NCBI GenBank assembly: GCA_013265495.1
Contig: MU058000.1
Coordinates: 744,001-808,000 of the forward strand
DNA from: Vicugna vicugna
Taxonomy: Eukaryota
DNA length: 64,000 nucleotides
Direction of reading: 5' to 3'
The notes beneath the pieces are model-generated. The model had not been told where the DNA came from. It made no database searches and worked only from the letters and a program-made list of their open reading frames with translations. Shown here one piece after another: positions 37,601-49,488 of the stretch (position 1 is its first letter; every line of letters starts with the position of its first letter). The translations under genes and the position numbers were made by a program.

Positions 37601-40600
37601 AAAATGGGAAATCAAAAACTGATGCTAACAATCAACTGGTAAGAAAAGGGCGTGATGAGGAAGAAGCTGGTCTAGTTTCTTTGCCTACTTTGTTAAAAAA
37701 AAAAAAAAAACACTTTACTGAGGAAGCCATCCTTCAAGTTCCTCCTAACAGCCCATTACTCACATAAACAGCAGTCTGTCCGCAGCAGGTTTCATAGACA
37801 TCTCTCCCCTTTTCATCCATTCATCCAACAAGTACAAAATGAGCGCCTGTTAAGTTCCATGCACCATGGTCTGGGATACAGAGTAAATGAGACAAAGTCC
37901 CTTCCCTCTAGTGGGGAAGAGTGACAATGAACAAGTAAGTATATAACCCCATTTCAGGGTTGTAAAGACATTTAAAGCCAGAAAAAAGCAGGGAGATGGT
38001 AGAGGGAGGGGAGGCTGAGCAGAGCTCTGAGTGCAAATGTGGGGAAAGAGCTCTAAGGCTGAGGAAACAGCAAGAGCAGAAACAAATTGTGGGAAACAGC
38101 AGGGGAGGTGGCGGTTAGAGCATCCTAGAGCCCAGTGAAGGGGGGCACAGAGGCACCAGGCAGCCCTGGAAGAAGGGCTCTGATAAAATTCATTCCTGAG
38201 GACATCACTGTCCGAGATGGATTCCGGAAAGGTCATTCATTACATTTCAAAACAGAGAAAAACAATTCAAGGTATTAAAAGAAAATAAGACCTCCTCTGT
38301 TGAGGAGGGAAATATTTATGCATGCCAAATGCAGGGCGCCTTGTCTCCACATTCACCCAGTGGTTGGCCTCTTACTCGACTCCCACCCACCACCCATCCC
38401 CCGTAGCCAGAATGAAAAACATAATAGAAATTAACCCCAGGCTCATCAGGATTAAGTCTCTCAGCTGTCACCCCTGCCTCCCTCTTAAATGGCTGACATC
38501 ATTTCTGGTCCTCCCCCAAACAAGTGGCTCTTTCTCTCGTCCCAAATAATTAGCTTCCCCAGACACAATGGGAAGGCCTCAGTCCAAGCTGGGAGGGGAG
38601 ACATTTGAAGGACAAGGGAATGCTAGTGTTTTGCTTGGGCTGTGGGACAAATGTTCCGGAAATCAAAGTTTTTTTTATGTTTGTAATTATGCATATCCTG
38701 CAGTATCTGCATAATGGGTCCAATTCAGCCTTGGCCTCGCCACAAAATTGCCATGTCCGTGGAAGAAGGTCAGCCCGTAACATGATGAGTGAACAGGAAG
38801 CCTCACGCTGTTAATAGTGCCTTAATATATATATATTTTTAATTTGGGGGATGAACTTTGCTCTTTCAGTCCATTTGTCTGCATGCATTTGCAAACATAT
38901 TCTAAGCACACTTGTAAAATGCACATCTGTGAAATCAGCTCTTGCTCTGAGAGAATCTTTATAAAGATTTTAGGTGATCAGGAAGCTGACAGCTCCAGTC
39001 TTTCTGGTGCAAGGTAGAATTTTAAAGTCAGAGGAGGCAACATATGACGTTAGGAAAACTGTGCAACGAGGCAAACTCAGAAACACTACTGTAAAGGACC
39101 CAATGGGAATAAAATACACCTGGGTTTAGATTCATTTTCAAAAGTCTTTCTTTAAGGGAACAATATAAAGGTTCAATTTTGGTTTGAACAGATTCACTCG
39201 AAGTTTTTGTGTGTGCGGTTTTTCTTTTTTTTAACACTTTGGTTCTGCTCATGGTTTAACAGAATATCTATGCATTTAGTTCAGAGTTCAGCAAACAAGT
39301 TTTCAGTTAAATTTTTTGACATTTTTCACTGTTCAGTTCTTGGTGACATGAGGCCAGTGTCTTATGACCTCCTCAGAGCACCGAAGAATCACCCACTGAC
39401 TGCTGTGATCAAATCCAGTGTCCCTCTGCCCCCTCCACTCCACCCCATTCATCCCTGCTTTTTTTTTTTTCATTTTTAAATCACTTTACAATTTCTACTA
39501 TAGCTGCATTTGAATTGGCAGAACTGTTTCCATGACCGACAGGACAGAGATGTGTCATTCAAGGAGAAAAGAAGTGAAGGTTTTCATAAAGCTTGAGAAG
39601 CACCACAGTAACTAACACAAGGATGGCTTGCAGCGCCAAGGTGTGCAAGGAGGTAGGACTAAGGCTGCTCCAGCAGTAGCTGGCCTGCATGTGCTGGCCT
39701 GAGACCACTGCTATTACCTAAGGGGAAGCTCGTAATATGCTTGGTAAGCCGATCACTTGTAACACGCATATCAAGGGAGTAGAGTGACACTTCCACAGAG
39801 TAAATTCTACAAGTTCCTGGGCAGGTTCCACAGATCGCATTAGTGATCAACAGTTGCTGAATTATGATTCTGCAAACATAGACATCCAGGGAAACTTTAC
39901 AACCTGTGAAATTCTTAAGCCAAAAAATAAATAGCCACACATACCAAACCTGCACACTGTGAATTAAAGGGATGGCCTGTTAGGGCTTCTGAAAGAACCA
40001 AAGCCCAGATCTACCACACCACATGCTCAAACTGGAGATGTGAATGGTATTCTTGTGCTAATGTAAGTCCAAAGTCTAAACATTTGACAGTTAAGATTCC
40101 AGTGAAAATCTCTCTGAAGAGAACATTTATCGATGTGATCTGGTTGGGTCAGAGGTCCAAATCCCACATTTGGCCTTCTCCACATTTCAGGCCTTTAAAT
40201 GGAGGAAACAACTTTCACGAAATGTTCAAGAGGCATGATCTTATATACCCTCTCATTCCCAGTATCCTCAGGTCCAAAGAACGGGTGCTAGCTCTCGTCT
40301 CTATGTCTGTGGTTATGGAAAGGCTCTGCCACTCAGCTGACTTCATTCCTGTTTTTCTGAGGGAGATCACGTATCTCCTCTTCCCCAGACCAACCACGAT
40401 GGCACTTGCTTCAAACCCTGCCCTAGTGGAAGTCCGAAAGAACGTTGCTCCCTTGATGGATTTAAGCATTTCTGGAGTTGTTTTCCCCACTAGCTGTTGC
40501 TCCTGGATATCCAGTCAACCTTGGCCTGCTTCAGTGCACAATAAAGTAAGTGGCCAGGTCACCAGGGTGGCGACTAACAACTCCCTGGCTTCTCAATGCA

Positions 40601-40902
40601 GCCTGTGGCATTTAAATGCCACAAAACTAAGAGATTTACCACCAATGACAGTCTCTTTGTTTCTTACTCCACCATGCCTCCAGCTTCCAGCATTTTAATG
40701 AAGGCAGCTAGCACAGTCCCCTTCCAGGCTGAAACCCAACGCCCTCCTTGGCTTTATTCTTAGATGGCACAGCTTAAAAGATCAATTCTTTGTTTCTGTT
40801 TTTTTTGCTTTTCATCTGCCAGAAAAACTGGAAGAGTCGAGGCATGGGGACTAGGGGAGGGGAAAAGAGTATCCCGGATAACACTTCTCTACTTAGGTAT
40901 TC

Positions 40903-40967
40903 CGTGTGCGTGCGTGCGTGTGTGTGTGTGTGTGTGTGTGTGTACACGCGCGCGTGCGCACACGCGC
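40903..40967. repeat. 65-bp uninterrupted alternating purine-pyrimidine tract (TGCG/TG/CG/CA)
   Basis: CGTGTGCGTGCGTGCGTG(TG)11TACACGCGCGCGTGCGCACACGCGC. Confidence 0.92.
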
Positions 40968-41547
40968 TGGCAGGAAACAAGCTGGCTGAGTAAGGCTCCA
41001 CTCTTTGCTTCCAGGGATCCAGACTAGGAACAGCACTCACCAGTCCTCCCTTGTCATCCTCCCACCTGTTTCTCTGAGGCCAACATCATGATTTTCTCAT
41101 ACAAGGATATTCATAGAGAGGCTGCATGGGACAGGTCCAAGACACACAATTTTTCCCTTTCTCCTGACACAAAGACATCCAATCAGAGAGCGCTGGGCAC
41201 TTAATGGAAGCAAATAAGACACGAGGAATAAAATGGGAATAAACTGAGACTGCAACTACATTACAGGAAAGAGTATTTATTTTGGTAATACCCATGTGAC
41301 TGGGAAGAGGGCTGAAGCCAAAAATCAGTTTCCATGGAATCTCTGTTCTGACTGAACTTCACCACCTGCACGCATGGTGGTATAAACTTTAAAAAGTGTG
41401 CAGAGGGCTATACCCTCTGCAGGGGAAGCATAGTGGCCAGCACAGAACAGCTGTCTAACAAATGGTCCGCACTGTTAGAGATGCTCCACTAGCCCAGACT
41501 GACTCGTTCCCGGCCTGGCTCCACTTTAAGATTCTGGAGACTTGCTA

Positions 41548-41968
41548 TGTTGGTTACCTGTGGCTGCTACACCAAAAGCTTGGTGGCTTTAAACAATAGA
41601 AATGTGGTCTCTCACAGTTCTGGAACCCAGAAGTTGGAAATCAGAATCACTGGGCCAAAAGTAAGATGACAACAGGGCAATGCTTCCTCCAGAGGCTCTA
41701 GGGGAAAATCCGTTCCTTGCTTGTTCCAGCTTCTGCTGGCTGCTGGCAGCCTTGGCTGCGGCCTCATCACTCCAGTCTTCAAGGCCAGCATCTTCAAATC
41801 CCTTTCTGATCTGTCTTCGCATTGCCTTCATTCTCTGTGTGGGCAGAGTCTCTCTCTGCCTCCTATTATATACATACATATAATTGCATTTAGGGCCCAC
41901 CCAGGTAATCCAGGACTACCTCCTCATCTCAAAATCCTTAACTTAATCACATCTGCAAACATCCTTCT
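41548..41968 (-). mobile_element. MaLR LTR (MLT1C/D-like)
   Basis: CTCTCACAGTTCTGGAACCCAGAAGTTGGAAATC, AGGCTCTAGGGGAAAATCCGTTCCTTGC, CATCTCAAAATCCTTAACTTAATCACATCTGCAAA. Confidence 0.85.
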
Positions 41969-42729
41969 ACATAGAGCAGGCAACAGTGATTACAAAAGTT
42001 CTCAGATCGTCTCTATCACTATGAAGACAGTTGTCGTACACACTGCTATTCGGGTGAATGCCTGCAGTTAATGTATGTGATGTCACTGACAGGGCACGTG
42101 TATCCAAACCTTTTGGATTCAAGTTAAAAATGTGAGCTGCCCAACAGTTTCCAGAATGGAACTGTCTAACCTGGGGGGTGTCTGCATTACCTGTGTTGAG
42201 TGGGCTGAAGCCCAGATTCTCCTCCTTACCACCTGGCCTTAGTTCTACCAACCACTCACTCTTCCTTCCTGTTAAACACAGTCCGCGTGAGGAAACCCAC
42301 GAGCTAGCTGGCCTGCTTAGCAAGGCTAGTTCAGCTAACAGGGATGTACCCTGTGGTCCTTTATTTGGTAGGTTCCTTGATGGGCAGTTGGGCATCGACA
42401 GGAGAGCTGGGATAGGGCCCTGGGATTTATTACCATTTTCTTTACCACCCTGATGCTCTGCAAAGTCCCCTAGGTTAGACCCACTGGCCAAAGTGGGGCC
42501 GGATAAATACATCGGGTCTCAAGTCTGCTGGGAAATCAGCCGACAGGCTCCTCCCTCAGTAGAAAGCCCCCTCTCCATAGGGCTGAATTAAATTTTCATA
42601 TGGAAAAACAGATGGAATTAGTAATGTTAGAGCAGTTTTCAAGCCAACATTATGCTTTCATGTGCTTGAAAGTTGCCATTTCTTGATGTGTTCTCTAGTA
42701 ATATCAATAAATCCTATATCCTTAGTACA

Positions 42730-43460
42730 GTGCAGGGATGCCACTGGAGTGAGGCCAGTCAGGAACTTGCCCCAGGTGCAAAGTTTAAGTGGGTGCCCAA
42801 AAAACTCAGTAATTAAATAACATTTTAAATGCAGTATTTAAAAAATATAAAATCAGCAAACTGTGGCCCACAGGCTAGCTACCTATTTTTGGAAGTAGAG
42901 TTTTACTGGACCAGGGCTAGGATTAGGGTGAAGTGTGGCAGTCAGGCAGGGGTTGGTAGGATCTTGTCTTTAAAATGCTGGTATTTTGTTAATCAAGAAT
43001 TTTTTTTTTCCACACTGTTTTGACTTTTCAGAAAAAATTTAAAAATAATTTTGATTTTTTTAATTAAGTTTTTTTCATTTCAATTAAAAAGTTTTTCAAA
43101 CACAATTTTTTTTCACAATAACCATTTTTCTTCAAGACTTATATCGTGGCATAGAGCAGAAGTGTTTTTTGCATATTTCCCAATTTGTCACAGAGAATAT
43201 CAAAAAGATGTATTTAAGGATCCAGATTTAATAAAATTAATAATCTTTACTACTTCATCAATGCTATTGAGTGAAATTAACTTTTTTTAAAACTATGAGT
43301 ACACAGAAGCTGTAAGTTTTACTTGCCATTGCTTTTGCACCATTAATGCAAATGCCAATGCAATAAAAACAGCAAAAAAATCTTAGAATTATTATGAAAA
43401 TAATTTTGGTTCCACACACCATTTGAGACGGTCTTAGAAAAACCCAGAGATCTGCCTTAA
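42730..43460. mobile_element. Cluster of hAT DNA-transposon remnants (MER63-like, MER58-like, Charlie1-like)
   Basis: AGGTGCAAAGTTTAAGTGGGTGCCCAAAAAACTCAGTAAT; TCAGCAAACTGTGGCCCACAGG..GTTTTACTGGA; CCATTGCTTTTGCACCATTAATGCAAATG..ATTATGAAAATAATTTTG. Confidence 0.5.
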
Positions 43461-44549
43461 AGGATAACATTTTAATGATGTAAAGTTTAAACTCATTAAA
43501 AGTCAAAACCATTATCAATAACAAGCTAAGATCCTCAGTCCGATGGGGGCAACATAATTATGACTAACTCCAAAGTTTGTTTTGCAAAAAATATATAAGT
43601 GGTAAAGAGTTAAAGCAAATTGATCCATCTGTCATATAAACAGTTCTGAGCAATCAGGACATCTTTGAGGCTAAAGGTAAGGTAGGAACAAGATATGAAA
43701 GAAGCTGAATGCCTTGAACATAATCAGTGATCTGAAGGCATGGCTATTTTAGGGCAACTGAGTGGAGAAAGCACCCCATCCATCCGTTGCCTCCCCAGTG
43801 CCCCAAGAATGAGGGAGCAGAGGAAAATACAGTAGCAGCAGGAAGATCCAGACAAACATATCACATAGAACATCCCTGGGCTGTTCAAAGATCCTGGGGC
43901 CAGTGCTGGGTGGTAAAGCTCTCTCCTGCCACTTTCTAGCATACAACTGTGAGCAAATTCCCAAACCATTGTCTGTCTCAGTCTCCTCATGTGTCATATG
44001 AATATAATATTAATACCTTCTTCATATGGTTGTTGCAAAGAGTTCATGAGATGATGGAATTTAAGCATTGAGCACAGTGTCCAAGAGAATAAATACTCAG
44101 TGAATGTATCTTTTCAAAAATAAACATACTTCTGTACTGATTCACTACCCAGCATTCAGTAATTTTTCCCCACATACACAAATGCTTAATTAGCCCACTG
44201 TCTTGCCAGTGTTAGGTATTCAGTAAAGGTTACTTCCTCCCTCTAGCCAGACTGGGCAGCCTGTCTGGACCTGTCATTTCATCCACATGGCTTTGAGTGG
44301 CTTTCCCACCAACAATTCACTGAGAGATCTGATGCTTAAACACAAAAAGTATACATCAACATGCAAATGGTTATATAAAAATGGGAATATCTGTTAAACA
44401 GTAGAATTATGCTTTATATTTCCTTAAAATTGTTTTTATTGATGTTGAAAACACATTTGAAAAACAAAGGAATTGTTTTCAAAAATCAAAAGTAGCAAAA
44501 TAGTTAACCCAGCAACAAAAACCAAACTGGCTTTTCGCCAACAGGTCTC

Positions 44550-45003
44550 TATGGTAGACAAAATAGTGCACAGCCTGATCCCCAGAACCTGTGAATATGT
44601 CACCTTACACGGCAAAGAGACTTTGCAGATGCGATTAAATTAAAGACCCTGAGACAGGGAAATCCCGGATTATCCTCATGGGCCCAGTGTAATCACAAGG
44701 GTCCTTAAAAACAGAGAGGAAGGCACAAGTGAGAGGCAGATCTGACTACAGAAGAAAGGCACAGAGAGGCAGCACTGCTGGCTTTGGAGACAGGAGAGGC
44801 CACACACCAAGGGATGCAGGCTGCCCCTAGAAGCTGGAAAGGGCAAGGAAGGTTTCTCCCCTAGGGCCTCCTGAAAGGAATTTCAGCTCAGTGACACCCA
44901 TGTCGGACTTCCGAACTACAGAATTTTAAGATAATAAAGTTGTGTTGTTTGAGCCACTAGGTCTGTGGTAATTTGTTACAGCAGCAAACAGAAAACTAAT
45001 ACA
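44550..45003 (+). mobile_element. MaLR solo LTR (MLT1D-like)
   Basis: CCCCAGAACCTGTGAATATGTCACCTTACACGGCAAAGAGACTTTGCAGATGCGATTAAATTAA...GTGGTAATTTGTTACAGCAGCAAACAGAAAACTAATACA. Confidence 0.88.
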
Positions 45004-45575
45004 GTCCTAAAGGTTATCCCAATCACCCTTGGTCTGTTTCCATGCATAGTAAGGAGCCAGGTCACCAGGGTAGCAACTGACAACTCCCCTGGCTCTCCCA
45101 CAAAGTAAGAGACTGACCATGACTGACAGTCTCCACCTCTTAAGACTTGGATTCAAGAGCTCTGGGACACAAGACCGTCTAGATGCAAACAGTGACTGTA
45201 TTGGAGATGGTTGGTGGTTCACACTCAGAGACATTCATTTACACTCATCAAGAGCTTACATATAGTTCCAATCACTAATAGAGAAATAAATATGCATACT
45301 TCCAGAGACAGGTCAACAGCTAGGGACAAGGGTAAAAGGCTGGAAGTGGCCCAAAACACATAAATCCTTCCATATGCTGATGCTAACAAAAACTAGTTGC
45401 AGAATTAAACCAGATAAGATCTCTGCTCTCGCCTATGTGGCCAGTGCTTCAGGGCTCTCGAGCAAACAAAATAGGATTCTGACAGCCAGCAGGCCTCTCT
45501 CATGGAAAAGCATCCCTGGTGAGCACGGACCTAAGAGAACCCTTCTAGGCCCGCCACCTGTCCCATGGGACCTAC

Positions 45576-45851
45576 CTGTTTCTTTACGAGGTGGTGATGT
45601 GCTGGCCCAGGGGGTGTCGTCTTCAAATTGAACCCAGTTGCTGATGGCCGAGGCCAGGTCAGGCGGGGGCTGCTCAGGGCTCCCAGGCGGCGAGACTGCT
45701 TCAGAGATGAGGCCCATCTTTTCAGAGGAGTCATCGTGCTCCGAGTGGGAAAGGTCCTGAGAGCCTCCATCCACCACATGGTTTTCTCTGGAGGAGCTCT
45801 CAGACTGGTCTGAGGACGATGACGGTCCTCGGAGGTGCTCTTCGGTGTCAC
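45576..45851 (-). CDS. STON2: Stonin 2, second coding exon (276 nt)
   Basis: Inside ORF 45433..45864: DTEEHLRGPSSSSDQSESSSRENHVVDGGSQD...LASAISNWVQFEDDTPWASTSPPRKET matches stonin 2 and includes a WVQF motif. Acceptor TGTCTGTTTCAG|GT, donor ACAG|GTAGGT. Phase 1-1 and in frame with the flanking exons. Confidence 0.97.
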
Positions 45852-46550
45852 CTGAAACAGACACAAGACATCAACATGACATCACAGGAGGAAGGCCACT
45901 GGACAGGACCCCTGTCTCGGAACTGTCTCATGGAGGAAAAACAAAGGGTAGGCAAGGGGTGATCACAGGAGTTACCACTACAGTGGGTGAGGGCAAAGAA
46001 ACAGCCATGCCTCTCTGCCTCTGTGCTAGAGGAGTGTTTTCCTAAAACCTAGGATGTCCATAGCAGTATCCATTCAGGCTGAGACTGGGAGCCTTGTTCC
46101 CTGTTCTTATCCCACCACCTACCCCAGCAGGGACTGGTGAAGACCGTGGCTCAACAGGAGAGCTTTCGTCTGGACTAGAGACATTCAAAATCAAACTTCC
46201 AACTCTATGCAGTTCAAATGACACCTGTCTGCAGGCCACACATGCAAACCCAGCACTAATGACCAGCTGAACGTGGCACCGAGGCCATTCCTCTAGCTTT
46301 GTATCACTTCATTGGTCCTGGAATATTTAATAGCCTTCCAAAAAATTTATTAAATAAGGTACTAGATCCCAACTGTGATGGTGGCTATACAAATCTATCC
46401 ACATGTTAAAATTCATCAATTGTAGATCAGAAATGGTCAATTTTACTGTATGAAAACTTTTTTAAAAAATGGAAGTACTGATATGAAACTCCTTTCTCCC
46501 ATCGCTAGCCAAACTGGTCCACCCAAATGTAATCAAAGCCTTTAGACAAG

Positions 46551-46850
46551 TACTGTCCCCAAAAAATAAAATGTGGACCACATATGTAATTTAAAATTAT
46601 CTAGTAGCTGCATTTTAAAAAAGTGAAAAGAAACAGGTAAAACTGTTTTTAAGAATATATATTTCAACCCACTGTGTTGAAAATGTTTAATTCCAACATG
46701 TAATTGATAAAAAATTGTTAATGAAACATTTCACTTTTACTAGGTCCTCGAAATTCAGTGTAGGCCTTTTACACTTACAGCACGTCTCAATTCAGACTAT
46801 CCACATTTCAAGGACTCAGTAGCCACGTGGCTCCCTTACTGGACAGCACA
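46551..46850. mobile_element. MER33-like (hAT-Charlie) non-autonomous DNA transposon
   Basis: GTACTGTCC...CCACATATGTAATTTAAAATTATCTAGTAGC...CACATTTCAAGGACTCAGTAGCCACGTGGCT...TGGACAGCAC, with inverted termini. Confidence 0.75.
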
Positions 46851-47605
46851 CCTGTAAACTCACACTTTCCAGGTGCTGTAAATGAAGCTGAGATGATTTC
46901 AGGGGGCAGTAGCAGCTGCTGTGGAACAGAATCAGCTGACAAGTCTCTGTAAATAGCTCCCATAACCTACCTTGATCTTCATCCCAGAGCGCAGTTCCCC
47001 AGAACTCACTCTAGCCACCTTCATCATGATCGGGGTGACAAATTACTGAGCTCTTTCCATGTGCCAGTCACTGCTGTAAGCACTTTACCTGTGAGTTCAT
47101 TTAATCCTCACAACCACGCTGAGGTGGTACTGTGATTACCCCTACTGCACGGATAAACTACTGCCCAGGGAGGTTAAATAAATTATCCACCCAAGGGCAC
47201 ATCCCTCATGCATGACAGAGCCAGGGCTGGAGCCCAAGGGATCCAGCTCCAACACCCGCCACTCTTGACAACTGTGCTTTAAAAATTGGGACAGTCCAAA
47301 TTGCTGTCGGGAGTAATAACCAAAAAGACTGAGTTTAAGGGACTTTGAAAACATGAAGCTTATGTTCCTTGGAAGGAAGCAGCCAATACGTTTGGTGTTT
47401 CCAAGCCCTTGTTTGGGGCCCTAAGGTTCCTAAGATGCTTCCTCCAGGCTTCTAGGTGGAAGAATCTGCACCTGAGAAAAGTGACAAACTGGCTCTTTTT
47501 TCTCCATATCAAGATCTCACCCACAGGATGATCGAGGAGAAGCCATAACAAGCAGGCAGGGTTCTCTGTTAACCTTTTCCCTTAGGCAGTGAAAGCACTA
47601 CTTAC

Positions 47606-47693
47606 CCTCCGAAGAGGCAGGAAAGAGGGGCTCCTCGTTGAAGGAGACCCACTCCGACTGCTGGGTAGCGATCACATGGTCCAAGGTCGTCAT
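47606..47693 (-). CDS. STON2: Stonin 2, first coding exon (88 nt coding part: MTTLDHVIATQQSEWVSFNEEPLFPASSE + G of a split codon)
   Basis: Manual minus-strand translation from the ATG at 47693-47691 matches the recalled mammalian stonin-2 N-terminus (MTTLDHVIAT..SEWVSFNEEP) and includes a WVSF AP-2 alpha-appendage motif. Ends at donor GAGG|GTAAGT (GT at 47605-47604), phase 1. Too short to appear in the ORF track. Confidence 0.96.
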
Positions 47694-47713
47694 GCTGGGA
47701 AGGCGCTGGTCAT
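47690..47713 (-). other. Short upstream ORF (MTSAFPA*) whose TGA overlaps the STON2 ATG
   Basis: Minus strand reads gtgaagATG ACC AGC GCC TTC CCA GCA TGA; the last bases gcATGa contain the main ATG. Translation is not demonstrated. Confidence 0.5.
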
Positions 47714-47881
47714 CTTCACGCTGCTGACCTCAGGCAGACCCCAGAGCAACGTCTGGGGTGGAGGTACGGTAGCACAGTGGACTTGGGCCTGGGGTCTGCT
47801 ATGGGGGTTTTGCCGAGGGTGGCACTCAGAACACAGGCAGATTAGCCTCTCTTGCCTTTGGTGAATCTGCCAAGCAGAAAT
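47694..47881 (-). other. STON2: 5' UTR portion of the STON2 start-codon exon
   Basis: Pyrimidine-rich acceptor TTTTAATTTTCATTATTTTTTTAAAACAG|ATTTC (AG at 47883-47882), 188 nt upstream of the ATG. A nearby alternative AG cannot be excluded. Confidence 0.7.
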
Positions 47882-49279
47882 CTGTTTTAAAAAAATAATG
47901 AAAATTAAAAGGGATGATCATCACATAACCAAACCACACAGGTCTAGGGCTTTCAATACTGTCCATGAGGAGATCTCTGCCCTCCCCTTCTCTGCCCTGC
48001 CCTGCCCTCACCTCTAACAGGGAAATATCTGCCTTTAGCATCGAGATCTCTGTATGTGCCTTCATATCAGACCTACAATCACACAAATTTTAGCAATTAG
48101 ATTCCCAAATTTTCCCAATTACTATATTTTAGAAATACTTTTATCTATAATACAATGCCATCGTTGTAAACAAGTATTGAAACTTTTCAAAGTGCTTTCG
48201 CTTTCCTTTACCAGATGGCAAAATAAATGCACGTTATTTCCTATCAAATCTGTGCAGTTTCTTGCCTGAGGCAGGTAGCTCTTTGCAAGCCTGATTTAAA
48301 TCTTTGGCAGAAATCCAACCATCTCCAGATGGTATCTCCAAGCACGACTTACCAATCAAGAAAAACAGAAATGGAGTCATCTTGCTCACTTGGAGCAAGG
48401 GGGTAGGGCATATTTGCATCAGAGGAAAATACGAGTTAAAGAAACACATTTTTACTCTAGGCCAGTTTGAATTCGTACGTAAAAGTCTAGCCTTTAGTCA
48501 CATTGCAATTATGTTCCATGTAAGGCTAATGAATAGACTTACAATATTGTTTGTACCATTAGTGTCTTTTTACAACTTGAACCTAACTCTTGATCTTAGA
48601 ATGAATTAGTAAAATCTAAATTAATGCAAAATTAATGTTTCCACATAAGAGCTACCATCCACCTTGAACAGTATCAGATCTTATTAACCGAATACTCATA
48701 ATATTGATTTTAGTCTAGAAAAATTTAACTCATAGCCTTCTAGCTGGTGCATAATAAAAAGAAAATGTTGAAATTCTACTATAGGGTACTAACTGCATTA
48801 AATAATCGATGCTGAGGATAATCAGAATAGAAACATTTAGTAGCTTTTACTTTGGGGGGCAGAATTAAAACTATCAGTCTTGTTGACCAATACTTCCTAA
48901 AAATAAATAATGTTTGTAAAGAATTCATAATTTTCAGAAACCTATTTTCATACCATACTTTGATTCAATAGTCACTGTAGTTAGAGAGAAGTTAAGTGAC
49001 TTATCCAACACTTTTGTTGTTTCCAGGGGCTTTGTTTGGTGTCCTAAGATTCCTAAGATGTTTATTCCAGGCATCTAAGTGGAAGAATTTACACGTCCCA
49101 GGATAGTGACAATTGGACTCTTTTTATTGCATAATGAGATACCACCAAAGAGTAATCAAGTAGAGGCCATAACAAGGAGGTGTGTTAGATGCACCACATT
49201 AGGAAGTGATAGATGTAACCCTTGAGCCCAGGTCTTCTGATGCTGAAACACTCTTATCTTTGGGTCACAGCCATAAACA

Positions 49280-49314
<35 letters not shown>

Positions 49315-49488
49315 AGAGACTATAAATAGACTAGCCCCCAGCTAAAGTACTTCACAAACATCAACTACAATGGAACCATAATGAAATGATCAGTGAAACT
49401 CAACGGAAATCTGCCAGGGTATCCAAGCTGTACAGAGAATGGAAAGCCCAGAAATCTCTCTTGCAAGTCCCTCTCCTAAGATTCTTAC

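Noticed and set aside
40084..40698. Longest ORF in the track (204 aa, plus strand) and overlapping minus ORF 40215..40490
   Set aside because: Starts at a non-ATG codon (TTG), resembles no protein I recognise, and lacks retrocopy hallmarks (poly(A), TSD) or exon signals. An ORF of this length is plausible by chance in 64 kb. A BLASTP/PhyloCSF run would settle it.
45433..45575. ORF continuing past the exon 2 donor (GRSHGTGGGPRR...)
   Set aside because: Similarity to stonin 2 stops exactly at the GT donor; the extension is intronic read-through.
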